DNA from: a virus
IMG/VR virus record: IMGVR_UViG_3300032315_001604
Location: 131,164-195,163 of that record
Reading direction: 5' to 3' (one strand)
DNA length: 64,000 nucleotides
Under the pieces are notes generated by a model. The model had not been told where the DNA came from, searched no databases, and saw only the letters and a program-made list of their open reading frames with translations. The translations under genes and the position numbers were made by a program. Each line of letters opens with the position of its first letter. Positions within the stretch are counted from its first letter, which is position 1. Below are positions 1 through 9,027 of this stretch, piece by piece.

Positions 1-1
1 A

Positions 2-1216
2 GACCCCCTTTCAAGAAATACCGCAAGTGGTACATCAAGTCATGCTGAAGGGAGGGGAACAGTAGCAAGTGGTCTTGCATCTCATGCTGAAGGTGTATCG
101 ACTCAAGCTGTAGGTATAGCTTCCCATGCTGAAGGTGTATCGACTCAAGCTTTAGGTTTAGCTTCTCATGCTGAAGGGTTATCATCTATTGCTGTTGGAG
201 ATTATAGTCATGCAGCGGGTCAAAATACATATGCTACAGGGATAAGAGCTTATACAACAGGGCAAAACACATCAGCTACAAGAGTTACTAGTTATGCTCA
301 TGGTAGATTTGCTCTTGCCAACAATGCAAGATCTTGGATCTGGCAAGGAACTGGAACAGAAAACTTAGTTTTTACATCTACAAGAAATGATCAATTTGCC
401 ATAAGACCTGAAGGTGGATTTTATGTTTCTGGTAATGTTGGTATAAACACAGACAGAAATGATAATGCTTTAAGTGTTGTTGGTCATATATCTGCAAGTG
501 GAAATGTTACATCTAATAATTCTATTAATTGGGATACGGCATACAATAGAACAACAAATGTAAGTACTGTTTCTAGTAATTGGGATTCAGTTTATAGTAA
601 TGTAAATTCAAATAGTGCTAATAATCAATCGGTTTATAGTAATGTAAATTCAAATAGTGCTAATTGGAGTTCTGTTTACAGTAATGTAAATTCAAATAGT
701 GCTAATAATCAATCGGTTTATAGTAATGTAAATTCAAATAGTGCTAATTGGAGTTCTGTTTATAGTAATGTTAATAGTGCTTCTGCTAATTGGCAATCTG
801 CGGCAAATCTTCTTACTACAGTTCCGATAACAACCTCTTTTTATGTGCCGAGTTACAGCTTAACACAAACTACAGGTACTCCAAGCAATTTAAGAGTTTT
901 TACGGTTCCTGCTGGAAGAAGGTTTATTGCTAAAATGCTATTAGGAGTTACAGCAACAGCTACATTAACAGGGGTAGCAACTGCACCTACCTTAAGACTT
1001 GTAAACGTAACTCAAGGTAATACAGGCATGATAGGTAGCTGGACTCCTGCAACAGCCACTTTAGTAACTTCACCTGTACCTGGCGCACACACAACAACAA
1101 ACGCAAATAGTATTATTGCCCAAGCAGGAGAAGACGTTGCTCTAAGATTAATAACGGCGGCTGGAGGATTTTCGGTATTAACCGTAGATGTTGTAGTAGA
1201 CGGGTTTCTGATATAA
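2..1216 (+). CDS. Tail fibre/adhesin-like virion protein, 5'-truncated by the window edge; the 845..1216 ORF is only its C-terminus
   Basis: Manual translation of frame 2 is open from base 2 to TAA 1214-1216. It contains SHAEG YadA-head-like repeats, a GNVGINT motif and 14-aa SANW..VYSNVNS repeats. Confidence 0.85.
   Translation, partial: DPLSRNTASGTSSHAEGRGTVASGLASHAEGVSTQAVGIASHAEGVSTQALGLASHAEGLSSIAVGDYSHAAGQNTYATGIRAYTTGQNTSATRVTSYAHGRFALANNARSWIWQGTGTENLVFTSTRNDQFAIRPEGGFYVSGNVGINTDRNDNALSVVGHISASGNVTSNNSINWDTAYNRTTNVSTVSSNWDSVYSNVNSNSANNQSVYSNVNSNSANWSSVYSNVNSNSANNQSVYSNVNSNSANWSSVYSNVNSASANWQSAANLLTTVPITTSFYVPSYSLTQTTGTPSNLRVFTVPAGRRFIAKMLLGVTATATLTGVATAPTLRLVNVTQGNTGMIGSWTPATATLVTSPVPGAHTTTNANSIIAQAGEDVALRLITAAGGFSVLTVDVVVDGFLI
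590..790 (+). repeat. In-frame 42-bp (14-aa) tandem repeat, about 5 units
   Basis: GTTTAYAGTAATGT starts at 590, 632, 674, 716 and 758; units encode VYSNVNSNSAN(NQS/WSS). Confidence 0.9.
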
Positions 1217-1293
1217 CTTATTGACATTTAAAAGCATTTATTTAAATATTTTATAATATTGTGGCTAATAATGGTATTCTTTAACTCTATTGA

Positions 1294-1301
1294 TATAAAT
1301 A
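1294..1301 (+). promoter_or_regulatory. T4-type late promoter TATAAATA, representative of many TAA(A/G)TA sites
   Basis: Exact T4 late consensus 7 nt before the gp13 ATG; the TAA(A/G)TA core recurs in front of most structural genes. Confidence 0.75.
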
Positions 1302-1308
1302 TAATAAG

Positions 1309-2187
1309 ATGTCCGTTTTACCAAATTCATTTCATGGCAGTACAACTTTTAATTCTAAGATTAAAAGTTATGATTTATTAGCACAAAGAATTCGCCGTTC
1401 TTTGGGTGAACCTTTAGTACAAATTGAAATTAGCAGCGAACAAATATATGAATTAATAGACATATCTTTAGAATGGTTTACTAAATTTGCTGGTGTTACA
1501 GAAGAGTATTTGGTTTTTAGAAATGATTTATATGAAAGAGGTGTTGGTCTAAGAATAGATCGTTTGTTTAACATCACACCTAACATGTACAATTCGATGT
1601 CTCCAACGACATCAGGTATGCCTACTTTAAGTGCAGATTATGATTACGATTTAGATGACTACAGAAAGGTTGTAGATGTATTTTCATTTGAAGAAGGAAG
1701 TAATAACGGAGTAAACACACTTTTTACTATTGAACATACTATTGCACAACAAGCATACTTTGGACATTTGTTAGGAAATGTTGGTTATGATTTAGTAACA
1801 TGGCATACTCTTAAAAATTGGTTAGATACTAGAGAAAAAATGTTAGCATTAAGACCCTATATAAGGTTTTATCCTGAAGATCAAATTTTAAGATTAATTC
1901 CAGAACCAGCACAAAACAATCGGTATTATGGTTTAGTGGGATGTAAAGTCCAAAAGCCGATAAAACAACTTGTAGATCAATTGTGGGTATATCGATATAC
2001 ATTAGCACAAACTAAAATTGCCATAGGACATATCAGAGGAAAATATTCAGGCACAAATTTATTTGGAGGTCAAACAGTCAATGCATCTGATATGTTAAGA
2101 CAAGGTGAAAAAGAAAAAGACGAATTGGAAAAAGAATTAATGTCAGATATGGTTGATAGAGATCCAGTTAGATTTTTTATTGGCTAA
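1309..2187 (+). CDS. gp13: Neck protein, T4 gp13-like
   Basis: RRSLGEPLVQIEISSEQIYELID and C-terminal LFGGQTVNASDMLRQGEKEKDELEKEL..DPVRFFIG resemble gp13 (RRLGAPIINVEL..QIYDCI; LPGGVTIDGQRLIEEA..PFGILVG). Confidence 0.85.
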   Translation: MSVLPNSFHGSTTFNSKIKSYDLLAQRIRRSLGEPLVQIEISSEQIYELIDISLEWFTKFAGVTEEYLVFRNDLYERGVGLRIDRLFNITPNMYNSMSPTTSGMPTLSADYDYDLDDYRKVVDVFSFEEGSNNGVNTLFTIEHTIAQQAYFGHLLGNVGYDLVTWHTLKNWLDTREKMLALRPYIRFYPEDQILRLIPEPAQNNRYYGLVGCKVQKPIKQLVDQLWVYRYTLAQTKIAIGHIRGKYSGTNLFGGQTVNASDMLRQGEKEKDELEKELMSDMVDRDPVRFFIG

Positions 2188-2190
2188 TTA

Positions 2191-2649
2191 ATGAATAAAA
2201 ATTTAGGTAAAAAGAATAGAAATTACACTCAAGGAATTTTTAAACCAAAAAATTCAAACAAATATATAGGCTCTACTCCAGTATATAGATCCACAATGGA
2301 GCTAAAAGCATTTAGATATCTGGATAACAACCCTAATGTCTTAACTTGGTCTTCAGAATCTGTTGTAATTCCTTATATATCACCCGCAGATGGAAAAATG
2401 CACAGGTATTTTGTAGATTTAGTTGCAAAACTTAAATCTAAAGATGGAACTATAAAAAATCTTTTAATAGAAGTTAAACCAGAAAAACAAACATTACCTC
2501 CAGTAGACACAGGAAGGAAAAAACAAAGTACTATTCTTTATGAAAGATATCAATTTGCCGTAAATTCTGCTAAATGGCAAGCAGCCAGATCTTGGTGTGA
2601 ACAAAAAGGGTTTACTTTTATAATTTTAAATGAAAAGCATTTAAATTGA
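2191..2649 (+). CDS. gp4: Head completion protein, T4 gp4-like (TnsA-like PD-(D/E)xK fold)
   Basis: QGIFKPKNSNKY..YRS..E, WSSESVVIPYISP.DGK.HRYFVD, LIEVKP.KQT, VNSAKWQAA..WC. Confidence 0.9.
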   Translation: MNKNLGKKNRNYTQGIFKPKNSNKYIGSTPVYRSTMELKAFRYLDNNPNVLTWSSESVVIPYISPADGKMHRYFVDLVAKLKSKDGTIKNLLIEVKPEKQTLPPVDTGRKKQSTILYERYQFAVNSAKWQAARSWCEQKGFTFIILNEKHLN

Positions 2650-2682
2650 ATAAATACTTGGTAAGTACTAAATAGAGAATAT

Positions 2683-3351
2683 ATGAGTAATGTTTATAAC
2701 TTGTTGGTGGAAACACCGAACTACGAATTAAAATATTTAGTAGAAGAAAAAAACCGTAATTCACCATCAAATCTTTTTATTCAAGGACCATTTTTAATGG
2801 CAGATAAAGCAAATCGCAATAATCGCGTTTATCCTTTACAACAAATGGTGGAAGAAGTCAATCGTTACTCATCTGAAATGATTGCAAATAATCGTGCAAC
2901 AGGTGAATTAAATCACCCATCATCTCCAGAAGTAAATTTAGAAAGAGCGTGTCATATTGTTACAGAATTAAAACAAGATGGAAATATTTTTGAAGGAAAA
3001 TCAAAAATTCTTTCAACTCCAATGGGTCAAGTTGTTCGTTCATTAATTATGGATGGCGTTAAACTTGGCGTTTCATCAAGAGCACTCGGCAGAGTAGATG
3101 AAAAAAATGGTGTTGGTCATGTTTCCGATTTTCGTTTGGTTGCTATCGATGTTGTAGCAGATCCTTCTGTACCAACAGCATTTGTAAATGGTATCTTAGA
3201 ATCTAAAAAATGGGTTCTTGCAGATAATGGAGATTTTGAACCATTTTATGAAAAATTTGAAAGAAGTATAGCAAATCTTCCTAAGAAAAACACAGATCAA
3301 TATCTGAAAGAACAGTTCATCAGTTTTATTAATGCACTTAAAACATTGTAA
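2683..3351 (+). CDS. gp21: Prohead core protease, T4 gp21-like
   Basis: IQGPFLMADKANRNNRVYP, GELNHP, LGVSSRALG, DVVADPSVPTAFVNGILE. Confidence 0.95.
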   Translation: MSNVYNLLVETPNYELKYLVEEKNRNSPSNLFIQGPFLMADKANRNNRVYPLQQMVEEVNRYSSEMIANNRATGELNHPSSPEVNLERACHIVTELKQDGNIFEGKSKILSTPMGQVVRSLIMDGVKLGVSSRALGRVDEKNGVGHVSDFRLVAIDVVADPSVPTAFVNGILESKKWVLADNGDFEPFYEKFERSIANLPKKNTDQYLKEQFISFINALKTL

Positions 3352-3386
3352 TTTGTATATAATAAAGATAAATAATAATATAACAT

Positions 3387-3623
3387 ATGGAATTACGTAA
3401 ATTAATCTCAAAGTTTATCACACAAATTTGTGAAAAAAACTATTCTAAAGCAGATAAAGCATTAGAAACTATTGTAAGCGAAAAATTAAAAACTCGCATT
3501 AAAGACATCGACAGCAAAGTAAAAAATAAAAAAGATTGCGGCTGTGGTCGTGGCGACAAATGCAAAGAAAAAAATTCCAAAAAAACAAAAAAAGTTACTA
3601 AAAAGGTAACTAAGAAAGGATAA
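3387..3623 (+). CDS. Small basic protein between gp21 and gp22, possible prohead core component
   Basis: TAAATA at 3369-3374 upstream; Lys-rich tail; position within the head operon. Confidence 0.6.
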   Translation: MELRKLISKFITQICEKNYSKADKALETIVSEKLKTRIKDIDSKVKNKKDCGCGRGDKCKEKNSKKTKKVTKKVTKKG

Positions 3624-3640
3624 GTTTTTATATACATTAT

Positions 3641-4546
3641 ATGAATAAGTTTTCAGAGATCTTAAGTAAAGTTGATTCAAACGTAATCAACGAAGAAACC
3701 GCAAAAGCAATCACAGAAGCTTTTGATGCTGCTGTTGAAGAAAAAGTTAATTCAAGAGTTGAATTAGAACTTGAAAGTTCTTTATCTAAACAAGACGAAG
3801 AACATGCAGCAAAACTTGGAAAACTTTTAGAAGCTATTGATGCAGATCATACTGAAAAGTTACAAAAAGTTGTAAACACAATCACAGAAAATCATACAGG
3901 TAAATTAGAACAACTTGTATCTTTCTATCGTAAAGCTTTAAATGAAAAAGCAGAATCTTTTTCAAATAAAATTGTTAGCGAGATTAGCAACTACCTTGAT
4001 CTTTATTTAGAAAATAAAGTTCCTTCTCTTCAATTAGAAGAAGCAGTTGCTAATACATATGCTCGTAAACAATTATCGAAAATTCGTGAAATGGTCGGAA
4101 TCGATCCAGAAACTATTAACGAAGAAGTAAAAAACATGATTGCTAAAGGTAAAAAGAAAATTGATGAACTCAATGAAAAACTCAATGAGTCATATAAAGA
4201 AAATCATCAACTTTTTCAGCAAATCAAGAAAAATTCCACATCGATTGTTCTTGAACAAAAGACAAAAGGAATGCCAGCAGCTAAAAAAGAATTTGTTTTT
4301 AATTTATTGAACGACAAAGACTCTTCATACATTGAAGAGAATTTTAATTATGTCGTTGAGATGTTTGAACGTAGCGAAGATGAAAGAGCTACGACTCTTG
4401 TAGAAGAGGCGAAGAAAAAGGCAGTTAGCCTTAAAGCTTCAATTCCTACAAAAGCCGTAATCAAAGAATCTGTTGCTACAGAAACAGAAGTAGAAAATTC
4501 TACTCCAGTTTCAGGATATCTTAGAGAATTAAATAAAAAATATTAA
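3641..4546 (+). CDS. gp22: Prohead core scaffold protein, T4 gp22-like
   Basis: Helical Glu/Lys-rich protein (AFDAAVEEKV, SNYLDLYLE) located between the protease and the major capsid gene. Confidence 0.85.
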   Translation: MNKFSEILSKVDSNVINEETAKAITEAFDAAVEEKVNSRVELELESSLSKQDEEHAAKLGKLLEAIDADHTEKLQKVVNTITENHTGKLEQLVSFYRKALNEKAESFSNKIVSEISNYLDLYLENKVPSLQLEEAVANTYARKQLSKIREMVGIDPETINEEVKNMIAKGKKKIDELNEKLNESYKENHQLFQQIKKNSTSIVLEQKTKGMPAAKKEFVFNLLNDKDSSYIEENFNYVVEMFERSEDERATTLVEEAKKKAVSLKASIPTKAVIKESVATETEVENSTPVSGYLRELNKKY

Positions 4547-4559
4547 AGAATTTCTGTTG

Positions 4560-4602
4560 AAGAAAGACAATCGTCTTTCTTGATTCTTAAATCCATAGGA
4601 GG
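4560..4602 (+). promoter_or_regulatory. 9-bp leader hairpin (AAGAAAGAC-AATC-GTCTTTCTT) plus Shine-Dalgarno GGAGG of gp23
   Basis: Perfect inverted repeat at 4560-4581; GGAGG at 4598-4602, 10 nt before ATG 4613. Confidence 0.7.
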
Positions 4603-4612
4603 TAAAGAAATT

Positions 4613-6064
4613 ATGAGAAATGTAAATCCAGCCACAGGCTATATTGATCGTTCTCGCGCTCAACAACTCGTTGAAAAATGGGCACCAGTCCTCGATTACA
4701 CATCCGATAAGGTTGCGCCAATCGAAGACGAACATGCTCGTTTAACAACAGCGATTCTGATGGAAAACCAAGAACGTTGGTGCATTGAAGAAAGCGGAAA
4801 TTCCGCTGGTTCAGGAGGTGCTTTCGGCACACCAGGAACCGCTATCTATTCACCACCTTCAACAGTTACATCAGGAGATCGCTACGCAACAGGTGACAGT
4901 CGCTTGCCAAAGGTATTAATACCAATGGTTCGTCGTACATTCCCTGAGTTGATCACGAATGAGATCGTCGGTGTTCAGCCAATGAGTGGTCCAGTTGGTT
5001 TAGCTTTCGCTCTTCGTTACCGCTATGAGGCAGATAGTTTAGGTGCTAACGGCGTTGACGGATACGTTACAGGTGCTACCAGCGATAACGGTGGTGGACA
5101 GTACAATCGTTCCGTTTCTGACGATAAAGAACTTGGCTATCAATACTTGGACACACGTTTCACAGGAACAAGTGCCGCATTTCTTTCAGGTGGACCAACA
5201 GGAGTCTTTGATTCCATTGGTTCTGACAGAGGTGTTGCTGCTCTCCTGAGTAACTTCGAATTAACAGGAAATATTCCTCAAGTAACTGTCGAATTCAGCA
5301 AAACAGCAGTAGAAGCTGGCACACGCCGTCTCGCTGCTCGCTGGTCAGTTGAACTCGAACAAGACTTGAAGAACATGAATGGACTCGATATCGACGGTGA
5401 ATTAACAAATGCTATGTCATATGAAATTCAAGCCGAAATTGACCGTGAAATGGTAATTCGTATGATTCAAGTCGCTCTCAATGCAGGTAACCCAAATGGA
5501 TACAGTTTCTGGTACGCAGCTTCAGCCGATGCACGTTGGCTCGGAGAGCGTAACCGCGACTTCTACAGCAAGGTAATTGTTGAAGCTAACCGCATCGCAA
5601 TCCGTAACCGTAGAGGCAGCGCAAACTTCATTATTGCCACACCTCGCGTGTGTGCAATTCTTGAAATGTTGCCAGAGTATCAATGGATGCCAGTGAATGG
5701 CAACGTCAATACACAACCAACAGGCATTGCCAAAGTTGGTACACTTGGCGGAAGATTCACTGTCTACCGTGACACTCGCACAGAAGCTCAGTATCTGAAT
5801 GGAGACAGAGCAAACTCATTAGAATATGCCCTACTCGGATATAAAGGAACAGAATACTATGACACAGGTATTGTATATTGCCCATACATTCCTGTCATGA
5901 TTCAACGCACAATCGGTCCTAACGACTTCTCACCAAGAGTTGGTCTTATGACTCGTTATGGTGTTGTTGATCATATCTTCGGTGCTAACTTGTATTATCA
6001 CGTTATCATCGTTAAGGGTCTTGGTACTTCCTTTAGTCCAGACAGCGGCAGAATCTATATGTAA
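4613..6064 (+). CDS. gp23: Major capsid protein, T4 gp23-like; start moved from the TTG at 4580 to ATG 4613
   Basis: LVEKWAPVLD, LIPMVRRTFPELITNEIVGVQPMSGPVGLAFALR, ELEQDLKNMNGLD, YCPYIP, FSPRVGLMTRYG. Confidence 0.98.
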   Translation: MRNVNPATGYIDRSRAQQLVEKWAPVLDYTSDKVAPIEDEHARLTTAILMENQERWCIEESGNSAGSGGAFGTPGTAIYSPPSTVTSGDRYATGDSRLPKVLIPMVRRTFPELITNEIVGVQPMSGPVGLAFALRYRYEADSLGANGVDGYVTGATSDNGGGQYNRSVSDDKELGYQYLDTRFTGTSAAFLSGGPTGVFDSIGSDRGVAALLSNFELTGNIPQVTVEFSKTAVEAGTRRLAARWSVELEQDLKNMNGLDIDGELTNAMSYEIQAEIDREMVIRMIQVALNAGNPNGYSFWYAASADARWLGERNRDFYSKVIVEANRIAIRNRRGSANFIIATPRVCAILEMLPEYQWMPVNGNVNTQPTGIAKVGTLGGRFTVYRDTRTEAQYLNGDRANSLEYALLGYKGTEYYDTGIVYCPYIPVMIQRTIGPNDFSPRVGLMTRYGVVDHIFGANLYYHVIIVKGLGTSFSPDSGRIYM

Positions 6065-6081
6065 TCAACAGACAAGATCGC

Positions 6082-6118
6082 AAAAAAACCCAACCATCGA
6101 AAGGTGGTTGGGTTTTTT
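6082..6118. terminator. Bidirectional intrinsic terminator after gp23
   Basis: A7-CCCAACCATC-GAAA-GGTGGTTGGG-T6, between convergent genes. Confidence 0.9.
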
Positions 6119-6136
6119 ATTTAATTAATAAAAAAA

Positions 6137-6421
6137 TTAACTTAAAATATCGTTTAAAAACGATTGATAATTTTTTTGAAACATTTTATTTAAAGATAAA
6201 TTAAAATGTTTGTTCAATTTCAATTCTTTTAAAAAATCATTTTTTATTACTTCATCATTTATTTTTAAAAAAATATTTTTAACATATTCAATAAAACCAA
6301 CATAATTTTGTTGGAATTTTTCCATTTTTAAATCGATATCTAATACTTTGCCACCATTAGAACTAAAGCTAATATGCGGCATTTCCATTAAAAGTGATTC
6401 TACTAAGTTATCAAATTTCAT
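6137..6421 (-). CDS. Hypothetical protein with MKFDxLxE leader, possible internal head protein
   Basis: TAAATA upstream (6428-6433 on minus strand); N-terminus MKFDNLVESLLMEM. Confidence 0.6.
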   Translation of the reverse strand: MKFDNLVESLLMEMPHISFSSNGGKVLDIDLKMEKFQQNYVGFIEYVKNIFLKINDEVIKNDFLKELKLNKHFNLSLNKMFQKNYQSFLNDILS

Positions 6422-6442
6422 TAATAATATTTATCAAATAAA

Positions 6443-6922
6443 TTATTCAATACGTTCAAAATCACCTTCAATCATATCAATGCTGTTTGATTTTTTCGAA
6501 GATTTATCAAACAATTGAGACATTATTTCGTCTCTTGTAGCAATTAAAACATTAGTTTGTGTTGATTTAAGAGCTTTACTATTTGATTCAATTTCCATTT
6601 TTTTAATTTCAACATCATTTATTGCTTGTTTGTTTTGAAGATTGATTTTATTTAATTGATCTAATGCTTTTGTTGCAGCATTTATTAGTTGTGATAAAGC
6701 AGCAATCTCTTTTGGATCACTTCCTGTAAGAACATTGTCTTTTAAAGATTGAACTGCTCCTAAAGTTGATTCTACCAATTCAGAAGATTTTTTATAAACA
6801 TAATCACTAACGTTTTCATCAGTAACTTTTTCTTTTAATTCAATTTTTGTTGTATTTTTTGTTTCAGGTACAGAATCATTTCTCAATTCTTCTATAATTG
6901 AATCTATTTCGTTGACAGCCAT
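6443..6922 (-). CDS. Probable terminase small subunit, gp16-like
   Basis: SDPKEIAALSQLINAATKALDQL and TNVLIATRDEIMSQL resemble the helix and C-terminal strand/helix of T4-like gp16; size fits. Confidence 0.55.
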   Translation of the reverse strand: MAVNEIDSIIEELRNDSVPETKNTTKIELKEKVTDENVSDYVYKKSSELVESTLGAVQSLKDNVLTGSDPKEIAALSQLINAATKALDQLNKINLQNKQAINDVEIKKMEIESNSKALKSTQTNVLIATRDEIMSQLFDKSSKKSNSIDMIEGDFERIE

Positions 6923-6973
6923 TTTATAGAAGTATTTATCAAAAATAAGAAGAATTCCATATGTTTTTAATGC

Positions 6974-7001
6974 TTGATTTATTCTTAAAATAACCTATAC
7001 T
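6974..7001 (+). promoter_or_regulatory. sigma70-type promoter for the clamp loader gene
   Basis: TTGATT-N16-TATACT, 8 nt before ATG 7010. Confidence 0.55.
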
Positions 7002-7009
7002 TCAAGAAG

Positions 7010-7936
7010 ATGACATCGTATAACTCTCTTTGGGTTGAAAAGTATCGCCCAAAAACTTTAAAAGAAATTGTTTTAGACGAAGACAATTACGCATTTTTTT
7101 CATCTTTAAGTGATGAAACCCCTCATATTATGCTATGGGGAACGCCAGGTATAGGAAAAACAACATTAGCAAAAATAATTGTTAATGATATTTTAAAATG
7201 TCAATATCTTTACATTAACGCTTCAGATGAAAACGGCGTTGATACTATTAGAAATAAAGTAGTTTCTTTCTCTCAAATTAAGTCATTTGATGGTAATAAA
7301 AAGGTTGTTATTTTAGATGAGTCTGATGGTTTGACAAATGAAGGTCAAAGAATTTTAAGAAATGTAATGGAAGAATATGCAGAAAACACAAGATTCATTT
7401 TGACTGCAAATTATTTCAATAAAATTATTGAACCGATACGTTCACGTTGTTTATTGTTTAATTTAAAACCACAAATACCTCAAATCTTAGAAAGATGTCT
7501 TTATATCTTAAAAGAAGAGAATATACAAATTGATGAAAAAACTAAAAATGATCTTTCTTTTTTTATTGCAAAAAGATATCCCGATTTGAGAAGAATTATT
7601 AACGATCTTCAAAAATATTCAATTGATAAAAATTTTGACGTAGAAGATAAAACAGAATTTACAAATTTTGTAGTTGATATACTTAGAAATCTCTTAAAAA
7701 AAGAAAACGTATTGGCAATCCGTAAAACTATTATTGAAAAAGAAAATATTTTTGAGGGAGATTATCAAAAATTATTGGGTGAATTTTTTAATATAATCTA
7801 TCAATCAAAACTTGATGATAAAAAGAAAAAGTCGGTTTTAGTAGAAATTGGCGAATATATGTATCGTGACAATTTTGTTTTAGATCACGAAATCAATTTC
7901 TTTTGCTGTTTATTAGCAATTGAAAATATTTTTTAG
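7010..7936 (+). CDS. gp44: Sliding clamp loader ATPase subunit (gp44/RFC small subunit)
   Basis: LWVEKYRP, Walker A GTPGIGKTT, INASDENG, Walker B VILDESD, IRSRC. Confidence 0.95.
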   Translation: MTSYNSLWVEKYRPKTLKEIVLDEDNYAFFSSLSDETPHIMLWGTPGIGKTTLAKIIVNDILKCQYLYINASDENGVDTIRNKVVSFSQIKSFDGNKKVVILDESDGLTNEGQRILRNVMEEYAENTRFILTANYFNKIIEPIRSRCLLFNLKPQIPQILERCLYILKEENIQIDEKTKNDLSFFIAKRYPDLRRIINDLQKYSIDKNFDVEDKTEFTNFVVDILRNLLKKENVLAIRKTIIEKENIFEGDYQKLLGEFFNIIYQSKLDDKKKKSVLVEIGEYMYRDNFVLDHEINFFCCLLAIENIF

Positions 7937-8484
7937 GCGTATCTTCTTTCAACTGCTGGTGAAGCAGGAATAGCAGTATTTTTTAATGGCAAATTGCTAT
8001 CTTTAGGTTGATTACCAATATTAATTTCTATTTTTACTGGTTCTGGTTTAGTTCCAATAGGTTTTTCGTATTTATTAGGTACTCCTTGCACAGGGGGAAG
8101 ATTTACCCCAAAGTTTAACACTTCAACATAGTCCCAATTACCAGGAACGGTAAATTCACTAATTTCTGTTGGAGTTGACACAGTTCTAGGATCATTCTTC
8201 AAAATTAAATAACATGTTCCTGTTCCTTCGTTATCGTTAGCATCCTTAACATTTTGTTCTGCGCCTCTTCCTGCAACTCTTTTGATAAAGAAAAAGTAAT
8301 CATTCTCGATCATGTTAGTTAACCAATTTACAAAATCAGTGTCTTTACCATAATGTTCTTGACAATAGGGGCTGCTTAAAAATGCTTTTTTAACTTTAAC
8401 TGGCGAACCTTCTCTGAAGCCACCATTTGAATAATGAGCAAAAGCTGTTTCTAAAAGAGTATCAAACTTATTAAATTTCTTCAT
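7933..8484 (-). CDS. Hypothetical protein, possible virion/internal protein
   Basis: TAAATA upstream (8495-8500 on minus strand); N-terminus MKKFNKFDTLLE. Confidence 0.7.
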   Translation of the reverse strand: MKKFNKFDTLLETAFAHYSNGGFREGSPVKVKKAFLSSPYCQEHYGKDTDFVNWLTNMIENDYFFFIKRVAGRGAEQNVKDANDNEGTGTCYLILKNDPRTVSTPTEISEFTVPGNWDYVEVLNFGVNLPPVQGVPNKYEKPIGTKPEPVKIEINIGNQPKDSNLPLKNTAIPASPAVERRYA

Positions 8485-8519
8485 ATACTGTTAATATTTA
8501 CCATAAGTATTTACCTAAA

Positions 8520-9026
8520 ATGGCTACAGTTCGACTAGATAATTTAATTAAACCTAGACAAGCAAATTCTCCTTTAACTACTCTTTCCAAAGAAGAAGAA
8601 AAAAATTTATCAGTTTTTACAGATTTAAAGTTAGATTTAGAATTGGCAAACTCTATAGGGGTTGGTATAAATCCAACACAAGCTAAAGATATTGTAGTAT
8701 CAAATGATATAGAAGCAATAAGAAATGCTTTATATAACATTTTTACCACAAAAAAAGGACAAAAATTACTAGATCCTGAATTTGGTTCATCTTTAGAACA
8801 ATATTTGTTCGAAAGTGTTAGTCCAATTATCGGTAAAATCATCGGTGATTCTATAGTCAATTCAATTGAAACATATGAGCCAAGAGTCGAAGTTTTAAAT
8901 GTTACAGTTTATCCAAATCCTGAAGAAAATCTTTATAAAATCAAATTAACTTTTAAATTTGTTGATATAAATAAAACATCATCAATAGATATTTTAATTG
9001 AGAAAAACGGACAAATAACTCTCTAA
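8520..9026 (+). CDS. gp25: Baseplate wedge protein, gp25-like
   Basis: [46 protein letters not shown]. Confidence 0.92.
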   Translation: MATVRLDNLIKPRQANSPLTTLSKEEEKNLSVFTDLKLDLELANSIGVGINPTQAKDIVVSNDIEAIRNALYNIFTTKKGQKLLDPEFGSSLEQYLFESVSPIIGKIIGDSIVNSIETYEPRVEVLNVTVYPNPEENLYKIKLTFKFVDINKTSSIDILIEKNGQITL

Positions 9027-9027
9027 T

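Noticed and set aside
590-790. 42-bp tandem repeats as a CRISPR array
   Set aside because: The units are in-frame 14-aa repeats inside an open fibre gene, the variable parts alternate between two versions rather than being unique spacers, and there are no cas genes.
1221-1257. TTGACA...TATAAT as a sigma70 promoter
   Set aside because: The spacing is 25 bp, and a proper late promoter lies nearer the gene.
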